A DNA stretch of 32,000 nucleotides from Candidatus Lokiarchaeum ossiferum. GTDB taxonomy: Archaea > Asgardarchaeota > Lokiarchaeia > Sigyniarchaeales > Promethearchaeaceae. Each line of letters opens with the position of its first letter. The first letter of the stretch is position 1. This document shows positions 6,986 to 15,790 of the stretch, piece by piece. The stretch lies in contig CP104013.1 in assembly GCA_025839675.1 (NCBI GenBank), forward strand, positions 3,480,001 through 3,512,000, given 5' to 3'. Position numbers and translations under genes: made by a program. The notes below the pieces were generated by a model. The model ran no database searches and was not told the origin of the DNA. It was given only the letters and a program-made list of their open reading frames with translations.

Positions 6986-8071
6986 CTACATAGGGATGAA
7001 AGAGGTGTCTTTCTTAATTTTCTTAATCACACCAACCACTAATTTGACTGTTGCTTCAACATCATCTAAATTGACAACTTCGTTCATGGTGTGCATATAA
7101 CGATTTGGAATGCCAATTAATCCTGTAGCGACACCAGCTTGTGCCATTTGGATGGATCGAGCATCAGTTCCCGTTGGACGTGGTGCTGCATCGATTTTAT
7201 ATGGTATTTCAAGTTCTTTTGCCGTTTCAACCATCAAGTCAAATAATTTCGGATTTATGTTTGGACCGCGAACAATGACTGGACCCCCTCCAAGAGGCTT
7301 TATCCCAATATCTAATTCTTTAACGTCTGGTGAATCGCTAGCATGGGTGACATCAAACGCAATTCCCACCTTTGGATTGATACTATAAGCAGAAACAATC
7401 GCTCCTCGCGTACCAACTTCTTCTTGGGTTGTGGAGACTCCGTGAATCTCTCCATCAAATTCCGTACCCTTCAATCGACGCATGACTTCAGCAATTACAA
7501 AACCTCCAATTTTATCATCAAAACATCGGGCTACGACATCACCATTATTTCCTAGCTTGGTATAATTACTAATGAAAACCATAGGATCTCCAATTTTAAC
7601 TCCTAGTTCTTCCACTTCTTCTCGTGTTCGAGCTCCGATATCAATGTATTGATCCTTGAGTTTGATTATTTTTGTACGCTCATCAGGTTGCTGCAAGTGA
7701 ATAGCCTTTTTACCAATAATCCCCAAAATTTCTCCTTTATCAGTTAAAATTTTAATACGATTTCCAGGAGTAATGTGAGCGTCAATTCCTCCTAATTGAT
7801 TGAAGTAAATATAACCTTTCTCAGTAATGTAGCGAACTTGCAAACCCACTTCATCGACATGTCCTGCAAGCATAATCTTTGGTCCTTCACCAATGTTCAT
7901 TATTGCATCTACATTTCCAAGGACATCCGTTGTAAATTTTTCAGCGATATCGGCAAGGTATTCCCGATATACTTTTTGGGCGGGTTCTTCTACTCCTGTT
8001 GGACTTGGAGTGTTAATAAATCGTTCTAAAAATTCTTCATTAATTGTTCTTTGTGTTGTCATAGTAATCAC
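6986..8071 (-). CDS. M42 family metallo-aminopeptidase (TET/FrvX-type), paralog 2.
   Basis: It has the same motif set (AGHVDEVG, CFDDKIG, TTQEEVGTRG, NRYMHT). It is roughly 60-65 percent identical to the adjacent paralog by eye, and is on the same strand with a 31-nt spacer. Confidence 0.9.
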   Translation of the reverse strand: MITMTTQRTINEEFLERFINTPSPTGVEEPAQKVYREYLADIAEKFTTDVLGNVDAIMNIGEGPKIMLAGHVDEVGLQVRYITEKGYIYFNQLGGIDAHITPGNRIKILTDKGEILGIIGKKAIHLQQPDERTKIIKLKDQYIDIGARTREEVEELGVKIGDPMVFISNYTKLGNNGDVVARCFDDKIGGFVIAEVMRRLKGTEFDGEIHGVSTTQEEVGTRGAIVSAYSINPKVGIAFDVTHASDSPDVKELDIGIKPLGGGPVIVRGPNINPKLFDLMVETAKELEIPYKIDAAPRPTGTDARSIQMAQAGVATGLIGIPNRYMHTMNEVVNLDDVEATVKLVVGVIKKIKKDTSFIPM

Positions 8072-8218
8072 TTAATATAACTATCGTGTTTGGTGAATGC
8101 AAAGTCAGTTTAAAAAATTTGGAATTTTCGAATATTTTAAAAATCCTTTCCATTTAGGATATAAAATAAATGACACCCTGAGTCGCAAGATGGATTAATA
8201 GCTGAAATAAACATCGTT

Positions 8219-8758
8219 TTAATTCTGATTTTTAGAACCGGATTTTTTAAGTAATCCATTCATCATTAATGAAATAATTTTTAGGTAGTTATATATCCCC
8301 TCGAAAGATAAAAATCGAATAACCAAGTCGTGTTCTGTATTTTCAACAAATTCAATTTGATTTTCGAGATTTATTGAATAAAACCGTTGAATGTAATTTT
8401 TTACTTCAGAATGTTGTTCTTGATCGAAAATAAAATCAAATTGAAAATCAATTCCTTCTTGAGGGAACCTGTTTGAAGAAAGAACCCCCTCCAATAATTT
8501 ATTGGGATCTAAGATAATTCCAGCTGATTGTTCAAATTCTCGTAATTCTTCACGAGAGAAATGTGAATGCATCAAGATAAATATTTCAAAACTATCATAG
8601 ATGTACAACAATCCATTTGAAAATGTTTCTAAATAAAAACCTGATTGAGACTCTCTTCCAAGGTGGTTATTAATGTAAGATGTAAACTTTGGAATATTTT
8701 GAAAGATCTTAGGATAATTTGAAGTGAATTTCAATATTATTTGTTCTCTTTTTACCAT
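8219..8758 (-). CDS. Hypothetical protein (179 aa) with no recognisable motif.
   Basis: Long ORF co-oriented with and 25 nt downstream of the 8784-9545 methyltransferase gene. The composition is coding-like. Confidence 0.5.
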   Translation of the reverse strand: MVKREQIILKFTSNYPKIFQNIPKFTSYINNHLGRESQSGFYLETFSNGLLYIYDSFEIFILMHSHFSREELREFEQSAGIILDPNKLLEGVLSSNRFPQEGIDFQFDFIFDQEQHSEVKNYIQRFYSINLENQIEFVENTEHDLVIRFLSFEGIYNYLKIISLMMNGLLKKSGSKNQN

Positions 8759-8783
8759 TTAAATATCCCGACCTCTACAATTT

Positions 8784-9545
8784 TTATTTATTCATGACTC
8801 CGTAAAAACAATGCGATATATATTTAAACTCAATTTTCCCACCAACTGCATTGTTCTTAAAAACTTGTTTTAATTCTTTCTTTAACGGAATCGAATCGGG
8901 ATTTCCTGGCTTAGGAGTGTAGGAAGAAGAGAATAATCTCCCTTCCAAACTCTTGTAATCAAAGTGTTGAGTGAAGGATGATATAAAATGAATTGGATCT
9001 TTGATGAATAAGCTAATTTCCATAGAGCCTCGATTGCGATGATTTGATTGGGGGTATTCTGGACAATATTGATTGAGCATTGCATCATATTCTTGGTGGA
9101 ATTTACTGCCCTCAATATCTCGTTCATTCCAAATATACGCGAGATGTCCGTTCGGTTTTAAAATTCGGTTGAGTTCTGGTTTAGTTTTTTCAAGATCAAA
9201 CCAATGGAATGCTTGAGCTGCAGTGATCAAATCGATGGAATGATCTGAAAGGGTTGTTGCTTCTGCTTGTCCAGCTATGCTGCTGAAATTTGGATAATCA
9301 TGTAAATATTTTTCTCCTGCCTCTCGCATTTCCCGATTAGGTTCTACTCCATAGACCTTGTAGCCTTTTTCAACTAGTAATTGGGTAAATTTTCCTGTAC
9401 CTGATCCAATATCTGCAATAACTGACTCTTTAGATAGTTCCAATTTATCATGTAATTCATCAATGATTTCCTGTGGATAATCTGGACGATACTTAACATA
9501 ATTTTCTACTCGGTTAGAAAATCGTTTTGTTGGATTGCGACTCAT
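8784..9545 (-). CDS. Class I SAM-dependent methyltransferase.
   Basis: Motif I IADIGSGTGKFT, post-I VYGVEPN, and ITAAQAFHWFD plus LKPNGHL. Confidence 0.8.
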   Translation of the reverse strand: MSRNPTKRFSNRVENYVKYRPDYPQEIIDELHDKLELSKESVIADIGSGTGKFTQLLVEKGYKVYGVEPNREMREAGEKYLHDYPNFSSIAGQAEATTLSDHSIDLITAAQAFHWFDLEKTKPELNRILKPNGHLAYIWNERDIEGSKFHQEYDAMLNQYCPEYPQSNHRNRGSMEISLFIKDPIHFISSFTQHFDYKSLEGRLFSSSYTPKPGNPDSIPLKKELKQVFKNNAVGGKIEFKYISHCFYGVMNK

Positions 9546-9628
9546 TTTTTTTCTCTTCTATGACAAATTTTCTTTTCTGCCTTAAAATTAACAATTATAT
9601 TTATTTTTGATCAACGGTAAAAACACCT

Positions 9629-10282
9629 ATGAACGATTGGTTGGAAGCGCTTCCATTTTTCAAAACTGAACAATATTCACAATTGGATCAATTTGTGCGG
9701 TCTGAAAGGTCTCAAGGAAAATCGATTCTCCCTGCTGAGGAAGATGTATTCAATGCTCTCAAATTTACACCTCTTGAACAAGTAAAAGTTGTGATTTTAG
9801 GTCAAGATCCTTATCCCAATAAACGCCATGCCCATGGATTATCATTTTCAATTCCCGAAACAACCCCTGATATTCCTAAATCTTTAAAGAATATCTTCAA
9901 AGAGTTAGAAAGTGATGTTGGAGTAAAAAAGACAACTGGGAGTTTAATAGGATGGGCCAAACAAGGTGTAATGCTATTAAATACTGTCTTGACAGTCGAG
10001 GAAGGACTTTCTAATTCCCATAAAAGCAAAGGATGGGAAAAACTGACCAAAGAAATAATCACTACCATCAGCTCACAGCGTGATCATGTAGTTTTTATCT
10101 TATGGGGAGGAAAAGCTCAAAAAATGAAGAAATGGATTGCCACTGAGAAACATTTGATTTTAGAATCTCCCCATCCCTCACCCCTTTCATCCTATCGAGG
10201 ATTCTTTGGTTCTCACCCCTTTTCACAAGTCAATGAGTACTTATCAAAAAATAAGAGAAAACCAATTGATTGGTCTCTCTAA
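9629..10282 (+). CDS. ung: Uracil-DNA glycosylase, family 1 (UNG).
   Basis: Near-full-length colinearity with E. coli Ung: catalytic water-activating loop GQDPYP, HGLSFS, LLNTVLTV, leucine-intercalation loop HPSPLSSYRGFFG, and C-terminal PIDW. Confidence 0.9.
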   Translation: MNDWLEALPFFKTEQYSQLDQFVRSERSQGKSILPAEEDVFNALKFTPLEQVKVVILGQDPYPNKRHAHGLSFSIPETTPDIPKSLKNIFKELESDVGVKKTTGSLIGWAKQGVMLLNTVLTVEEGLSNSHKSKGWEKLTKEIITTISSQRDHVVFILWGGKAQKMKKWIATEKHLILESPHPSPLSSYRGFFGSHPFSQVNEYLSKNKRKPIDWSL

Positions 10283-10292
10283 AAAGGATTTT

Positions 10293-10823
10293 TCATTTTT
10301 TTTTTTCTTGAAGTTTTTTCTTCAATGTTTGACGATTAATTCGACCTTTTTTTTTGGTTTTTGTTTCCTCCAATGTTTCTACTTCCATTATTTTTACCTT
10401 AATCATTTTATCACCCTCTTTGAATTTATCTAGAAGATTCATGCCGCGAACAACTTGACCAAATACTGTGTGCTTCCCATCTAAATGAGCTGTTTGTTCA
10501 CGCGAAAGACAAATGAAGAATTGGCTTCCTCCCGTATCTTTACCAGAATGGGCCATACTTAGTGCACCACGATCGTGTTTGAGAGGATTTCCTTCAGTTT
10601 CACATTTAATTGTCCATCCTGGACCGCCGGTGCCATCTCCTTTTGGGCATCCTCCTTGAATCACAAAATCTTCAATAACACGATGGAATGTGAGTCCATC
10701 ATAGAATTTTCTCTTAACTAGCTTCTGGAAATTTTCAACGGTTCCAGGCGCATGTTCTGGATACAATTCAATTGTCAAGGTCCCTTTATTGGTCTGCATT
10801 TTAATTTGTGGAAGAATTGTCAT
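10293..10823 (-). CDS. Cyclophilin-type peptidyl-prolyl cis-trans isomerase with a lysine-rich C-terminal tail.
   Basis: [34 protein letters not shown] and [11 protein letters not shown]. The tail is [24 protein letters not shown]. Confidence 0.9.
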   Translation of the reverse strand: MTILPQIKMQTNKGTLTIELYPEHAPGTVENFQKLVKRKFYDGLTFHRVIEDFVIQGGCPKGDGTGGPGWTIKCETEGNPLKHDRGALSMAHSGKDTGGSQFFICLSREQTAHLDGKHTVFGQVVRGMNLLDKFKEGDKMIKVKIMEVETLEETKTKKKGRINRQTLKKKLQEKKK

Positions 10824-10881
10824 AAATTTTGAAATGAAAAATCAGCAAAAAATCATTTCAATCAATATCTTAAGACAAAGT

Positions 10882-11307
10882 TTATTTAGCTAGATAATCT
10901 GCATTATTTGCTAAACATTCCGATATTGAAGATATTAACTCATCTATGGTATAAGGTTTATTTAAAAGGCTTGAAAAACCATATTCTTTATAGGATGTTA
11001 GATCTTGTTCTTGAAAATACCCACTCGAAATTATTGCCTTAACATCAGGATTGATTTCTTTCAACCCTACCATGGTTTGTAAACCTCCCATACCGTTAGG
11101 GACGATTAAATCTAGTATAACCAAATCATAGGGTTTTGAAGATTTAAAAGATTTCCTATATTTCTCTAACGCCTCTTCACCCGCATCGGCACAATCAACC
11201 TCACAATCCATTCTCCTTAATACTTTTGAGAGAATATTTTGGATATTATGATCATCATCCATTACCAGCACGCGTTGAGATGAGATTGTATTCTTCTTTT
11301 CACACAT
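10882..11307 (-). CDS. Stand-alone CheY-like response-regulator receiver domain.
   Basis: VMDDDH, phospho-acceptor context LDLIVPNGMGG, SSGY and NKPY. The ATG at 11307 is preferred over the track start at 11358. Confidence 0.8.
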   Translation of the reverse strand: MCEKKNTISSQRVLVMDDDHNIQNILSKVLRRMDCEVDCADAGEEALEKYRKSFKSSKPYDLVILDLIVPNGMGGLQTMVGLKEINPDVKAIISSGYFQEQDLTSYKEYGFSSLLNKPYTIDELISSISECLANNADYLAK

Positions 11308-11672
11308 ATAAGATCGAGTCTTGCACTGGATGCTCCAAAATTTCCACAGAAGTTCCATCCATGCGATTTGTATTTACTATATCTGTTCTACTTCGATTTA
11401 TAGAGCTAGGTTTATATATGATGTGGAAAACTTTCCAAGTGACACCTTTGTATTTTAGAATTTTTCCAATTTTATAAAGTCAAAAGGATAAGTTTTCAAT
11501 TTCCTTTTTTTCAATATATAATCCTGTATAAATTTTCAAAATTAGTTTTGGAACGCGCAAAAGTAGTGATAAAACGTAATGTTAATAGGTAAAATACATT
11601 GTTGTCATTAGTACAGTTTGATCTAAACCTTAGATTAAACTGCTCCAGATTTTATCTTTGGTGCAAAACAAA

Positions 11673-12206
11673 ATGAGTTTACTTGAAACCGCAGTCTTCT
11701 TTCAAGGGGAAACCCTTTTAGAAAAGCAATTTTATGCAAAAACGGAACAAGAAATGATTCCTGGTCGAACTAACTTGATCAAAGCAATTACAACTATGGC
11801 AGAAAGTGCTTTTGATGATGAAATTAAACATTTTGTCGTCGGTGACCATGAAATTATGCTCAAATCGCATGATATTGATCCTATTGATGAAGATATGGCT
11901 AAAATGCCTCTTTATATGTATGCAATTGCGGAAAAAAATATTAATAAAAAAGCTGTCGAAGACTCTATGGATGAGGCCCTTTTCCAATTTACCAATCGTT
12001 TTTCAACTCATGATATCATGGAAAAGAAAAAATCTCTATTTCAAGAATTCGTCGATCGCTTCGATAAAATTTTCAAGGGATTAATTTACACTCCTGATGC
12101 TAAAAAAACTGCGAAAGCTTTAAAAAAAATGGAAGAAGCCCAACGATATGCTGAACGACAGGCTCAACGTTCGCAGAATTATACCAATTCAATAAATCGG
12201 TTTTAA
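11673..12206 (+). CDS. Hypothetical protein with a predicted longin-like fold and a basic helical tail.
   Basis: The secondary-structure pattern, read from residue propensities, is beta-beta-alpha-beta-beta-beta-alpha-alpha: LLETAVFFQ, TLLEKQFY, GRTNLIKAITTMAESAF, IKHFVVGDH, EIMLKSHDI, PLYMYAIAEKN, then two helices. PLYMYAIAEKNINKKAVEDSMDEALFQFTNRF resembles the sigma-adaptin segment GLYFCICVD...AIHNFVEVLNEYF. The track start 11658 is TTG; ATG is at 11673. Confidence 0.4.
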   Translation: MSLLETAVFFQGETLLEKQFYAKTEQEMIPGRTNLIKAITTMAESAFDDEIKHFVVGDHEIMLKSHDIDPIDEDMAKMPLYMYAIAEKNINKKAVEDSMDEALFQFTNRFSTHDIMEKKKSLFQEFVDRFDKIFKGLIYTPDAKKTAKALKKMEEAQRYAERQAQRSQNYTNSINRF

Positions 12207-12265
12207 TTTTTTTGCTCCTTGTTTCTTCACAATTATTTTAATATAAGTAGAATTAAGTATTTGTT

Positions 12266-14338
12266 ATGATTGAACCTAGCATTAAGGATGTTCAAAAACT
12301 TCCAATTCCAAGTTCGATTTCTGTTTCAAATGATGGAAGTAAGATTGCCTATACCTTGATTAAGCCAAATTTCAAAGATAACTATTACGAAACTCATTGT
12401 TATGTTTATTCAACTGACTCAAAAAAAACGATACAGCTTACTTATGAAGGGAGCATATCCAATATTGAATGGATGGACTGTGATTCTTTAGCTTTTGTTT
12501 ATTCAAATCCTTCAATTAAGGATGAAAAACCCCAAGTCTATCTTTTTAAGGATCTTGCAGGTCAACCCCTTCAACTTACGGATCATAAAAGTGGAATTAC
12601 TTCCTTCAAGTTTTTTGAAGGAGGTTTGCTATATCTCGCAGATGATCCAGATTATTTTGAAGAAAGAGAGAATATTTATGGAGATTTGATTCATTCAGAA
12701 CGAGATAATTCTGCTTCCAATATCTATTATTTGAATATCCCTAAAGTTCTCCGATACAGGGATGAGTTGAAACTTGTTGATGATAAACAAGGGAAGAAAA
12801 TCCCAAAACCCATCCTAGATCTGAAAAAATACATGAATATTAATCGGAAAATTGAAGGAATTGTTATTCCCAATTCTCGTTCTGGTAAATTTATTGTCAA
12901 TACTCGGGAACGGGACGATCTTGTCTTCCTACAGAAAAAGAAGTCTTATTTAATGAATATTGATATAGACAATATACTCGCTGAATTTCTTATCTATCAA
13001 GAAAATGATGATAAAGATAAGGAAGAGAAAGAAATATTTGGTGAATTTGATTTCAAAGCTTTAAATTTATTTGAGGAATCCAGCGTACTAGCTTTTTCTC
13101 CGGATGATTCTAAAATATTAATTGATTTGAAAATAGAGGGGAAGCTTTTTTATCACCAAACAGAACTCTCTGTGCTTTTCCTAGATCAACTAAACTCCGA
13201 AAATCTCGAAAATATTATTCTTAAACAATGTATTACAAACTCTTTTGATCATGAGCCGTTTAGCGTGAAATGGGTTAAATCAGGTATATATCTTGCACAT
13301 GCAGCTTATTCAACTATCAATATTCAAAAATTCGATTTGAATGGAACTTTTGAAAGAATCCATTTTGGGATATACTCTCCCAGTTTTGAATTTTCTGTCA
13401 GTAATGACGGTTTGGTCTCCAGTTATATTTCCAATACTGAGAAATATCAAGAAGTTGCCTTCATAAAAGAAGGAAAACTGGAAATTATCACAAATTTGAA
13501 TAAATTAATTGAAAACTGGAATTTGGGCAGCTCAGAATCAGTCAAATGGAAAGCTTCTGATAATCTTGAGATTGAAGGAGTTCTTAGAAAACCATCGAAT
13601 TTTGATCCCAGCAAAAAATATCCTCTGGTATTTATTGTGCATGGGGGACCCACATCGTACTCTGACAATTCAATACTCACATATTACTTGATGCGATATT
13701 ATCCCGCCGTACAATTTCTTAATCGGGGTATTATTGTTGTGGAACCTAACTATCGTGGATCAATTGGTAGAGGGAAGGCATTCATGAAAAAATATGCTGA
13801 AAACATAGGTTTTGGAGATATGGATGATCTTGAAAGTGCAATTGATCACCTTGTCAAACAAGGTTTTGTAGATGAGAATAAAATTGGGTGTATGGGATGG
13901 AGTCAAGGGGGGTATATCTCTGCATTTGTGACAACTCATTCAAATCGGTTTGTTGCAACCAGTGTAGGTGCAGGAGTGTCTTCATGGAAAACCTACTACA
14001 ATTCAAATGATATACGACAATGGGCCGTACACTATTTAGGGGGCACTCCTCTGACAAACCCTGAATATTACAAAAAGACGGCTCCCATGAACAATATATT
14101 AAATGCAAAAACGCCTACACTTTTCCAACATGGTGAATTAGATCAACGATGCCCTCTCCCCAATGCAACAGCCCTCAACCGTGCTTTAATGGAGCTTGGA
14201 GTTGAGACAGACCTTTTTATTATTAAAGGAATGCCCCATGGTATTACAAAACCTCGTGAAAATATGGCAGTTCTCCACCAAAATCTGAAATGGTTTTCTC
14301 ATTACTTACTAGGGGAAGCCCTTGATTGGACTGAGTGA
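12266..14338 (+). CDS. S9 family serine peptidase (prolyl oligopeptidase / acylaminoacyl-peptidase type) with an N-terminal beta-propeller and C-terminal alpha/beta hydrolase.
   Basis: Nucleophile elbow GWSQGGY, HGGP oxyanion region, HGELDQRCP (Asp) and MPHG (His). The long N-terminal region is consistent with a propeller. Confidence 0.85.
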   Translation: MIEPSIKDVQKLPIPSSISVSNDGSKIAYTLIKPNFKDNYYETHCYVYSTDSKKTIQLTYEGSISNIEWMDCDSLAFVYSNPSIKDEKPQVYLFKDLAGQPLQLTDHKSGITSFKFFEGGLLYLADDPDYFEERENIYGDLIHSERDNSASNIYYLNIPKVLRYRDELKLVDDKQGKKIPKPILDLKKYMNINRKIEGIVIPNSRSGKFIVNTRERDDLVFLQKKKSYLMNIDIDNILAEFLIYQENDDKDKEEKEIFGEFDFKALNLFEESSVLAFSPDDSKILIDLKIEGKLFYHQTELSVLFLDQLNSENLENIILKQCITNSFDHEPFSVKWVKSGIYLAHAAYSTINIQKFDLNGTFERIHFGIYSPSFEFSVSNDGLVSSYISNTEKYQEVAFIKEGKLEIITNLNKLIENWNLGSSESVKWKASDNLEIEGVLRKPSNFDPSKKYPLVFIVHGGPTSYSDNSILTYYLMRYYPAVQFLNRGIIVVEPNYRGSIGRGKAFMKKYAENIGFGDMDDLESAIDHLVKQGFVDENKIGCMGWSQGGYISAFVTTHSNRFVATSVGAGVSSWKTYYNSNDIRQWAVHYLGGTPLTNPEYYKKTAPMNNILNAKTPTLFQHGELDQRCPLPNATALNRALMELGVETDLFIIKGMPHGITKPRENMAVLHQNLKWFSHYLLGEALDWTE

Positions 14339-14551
14339 ATCAAAAAGTATGGATAAAGGGTCATACCAGGTTTAATTTCTTCTCTATTCATTGATTGCTG
14401 GATCGGGGCTCGCGATTAATGATCTTCTTTTTATTACAAATTCATCTCGTTCTAGATAAAAAGGTCGATACCGATCATCTTATTCTTCAAATGGTTCTTG
14501 AAAAAAATTGTAAAAGAAAGATATTTAATTCCAAGAAATAATTTAGCTTTA

Positions 14552-15742
14552 ATGAATCCTACTGAAACACGTTCTCGCCAACCTCAGAAAATGGTCCTTA
14601 TGGGGATGGGAAATGCGGGAAAATCATCGATCCTCAAGACAATACTGAACGAATTTGATTCGTTTGCTTCCCTTCTGCCAACAACTGGAGTAGAAAGAAC
14701 TCGAATGGAGTTTTTTGGAAGAGAATTATCTATATGGGATTTCGGAGGGCAAATAGATTACCGAAAAATGTATTTATCTCGCCCAATAATGTATTTTCAA
14801 GGAATAAAGTATCTGTATTATGTTATAGACGCTCAAGATGATGCGAAAATTCCAGAAAGTATCGAATACTTCCTGAAGGTTTTTGAAAATACCATAGAAT
14901 TTTCGGATGATGTGAAAGTCTATCTATTCTTCCATAAGATTGATCCAAAAACCCCAAAAAATGTCGCTGTCAAATATACAGGCATTGAAGAGAATTTCTT
15001 GGTTGCTACTTTACCCGAAATGAAACGTCATAAAATTGAACCGGTGATTTTTCATACATCTATTTTTAATCCCATGACGGTTATCTCTGCGTTTTCCAGA
15101 CCATTGTTAGGAAATCAAACGATTTATGAAACTTTGTGCGAAGCGGTCGATTCTTTCTGTTGGGAACGAGAGTTACCTTTTGGAATTATTTTTCTCGATA
15201 CATTGGAAATCGGAAGTTATTACGCTAATTCTAAAGTTTTTGATTATGTAAATACTAAAATTGCGAAGTATTTGGATTGGTTAGATGATGTTGAAGAACC
15301 CCCAGAATATAAAATGGGCAAATTTGATGTGACAACCAAACAATTTACTATTCTAATTGGAGAAAATGAATTTACGTTTAATTTGATGGTGGGGGTCGAT
15401 CCTTTAAATGCTCCTGATGAAATTGACGAATTATTTACATCCATGGGTGAATTTTCTGATGGGTTGGAAAAAATTTTATTGAATGCCGAAATAATACGAT
15501 CTGGAGAGCTTCGAACAGAAAATCTATTTAATTCCATTGATCCTGAAGAACGAAGGCGCCAATTGGATGAATTGGATGAATTGGCAGAATTGGAAGAAGA
15601 AGATCGATTTAAACTGGCTGAAAAAGAGCGAGAACTTGAAATTCTCGATGAACAGTATGTGAAAATGAAGGAAAAAATGCCCGAAGAATCTGAAGATAGC
15701 GAAGATGACGACGAAGTCGATTTTGACGATCTTGACGAATAA
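14552..15742 (+). CDS. Rag/Gtr1-like small GTPase with a roadblock-type C-terminal domain, followed by a charged coiled-coil and acidic tail.
   Basis: G1 GMGNAGKSS, G2 region PTTGVE, G3 IWDFGGQ, G4 HKID (the Rag-specific HKxD variant of NKxD) and G5 HTSIF (compare RagA TSIWD). The C-terminal region pattern is alpha-beta-beta-alpha-beta-beta-alpha. The tail is EESEDSEDDDEVDFDDLDE. The track start 14498 is TTG; the first ATG is at 14552. Confidence 0.7.
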   Translation: MNPTETRSRQPQKMVLMGMGNAGKSSILKTILNEFDSFASLLPTTGVERTRMEFFGRELSIWDFGGQIDYRKMYLSRPIMYFQGIKYLYYVIDAQDDAKIPESIEYFLKVFENTIEFSDDVKVYLFFHKIDPKTPKNVAVKYTGIEENFLVATLPEMKRHKIEPVIFHTSIFNPMTVISAFSRPLLGNQTIYETLCEAVDSFCWERELPFGIIFLDTLEIGSYYANSKVFDYVNTKIAKYLDWLDDVEEPPEYKMGKFDVTTKQFTILIGENEFTFNLMVGVDPLNAPDEIDELFTSMGEFSDGLEKILLNAEIIRSGELRTENLFNSIDPEERRRQLDELDELAELEEEDRFKLAEKERELEILDEQYVKMKEKMPEESEDSEDDDEVDFDDLDE

Positions 15743-15790
15743 TTGAATGATCTCTAAACTCTTTTTTATTTTGCATTTTATTATTAATCA

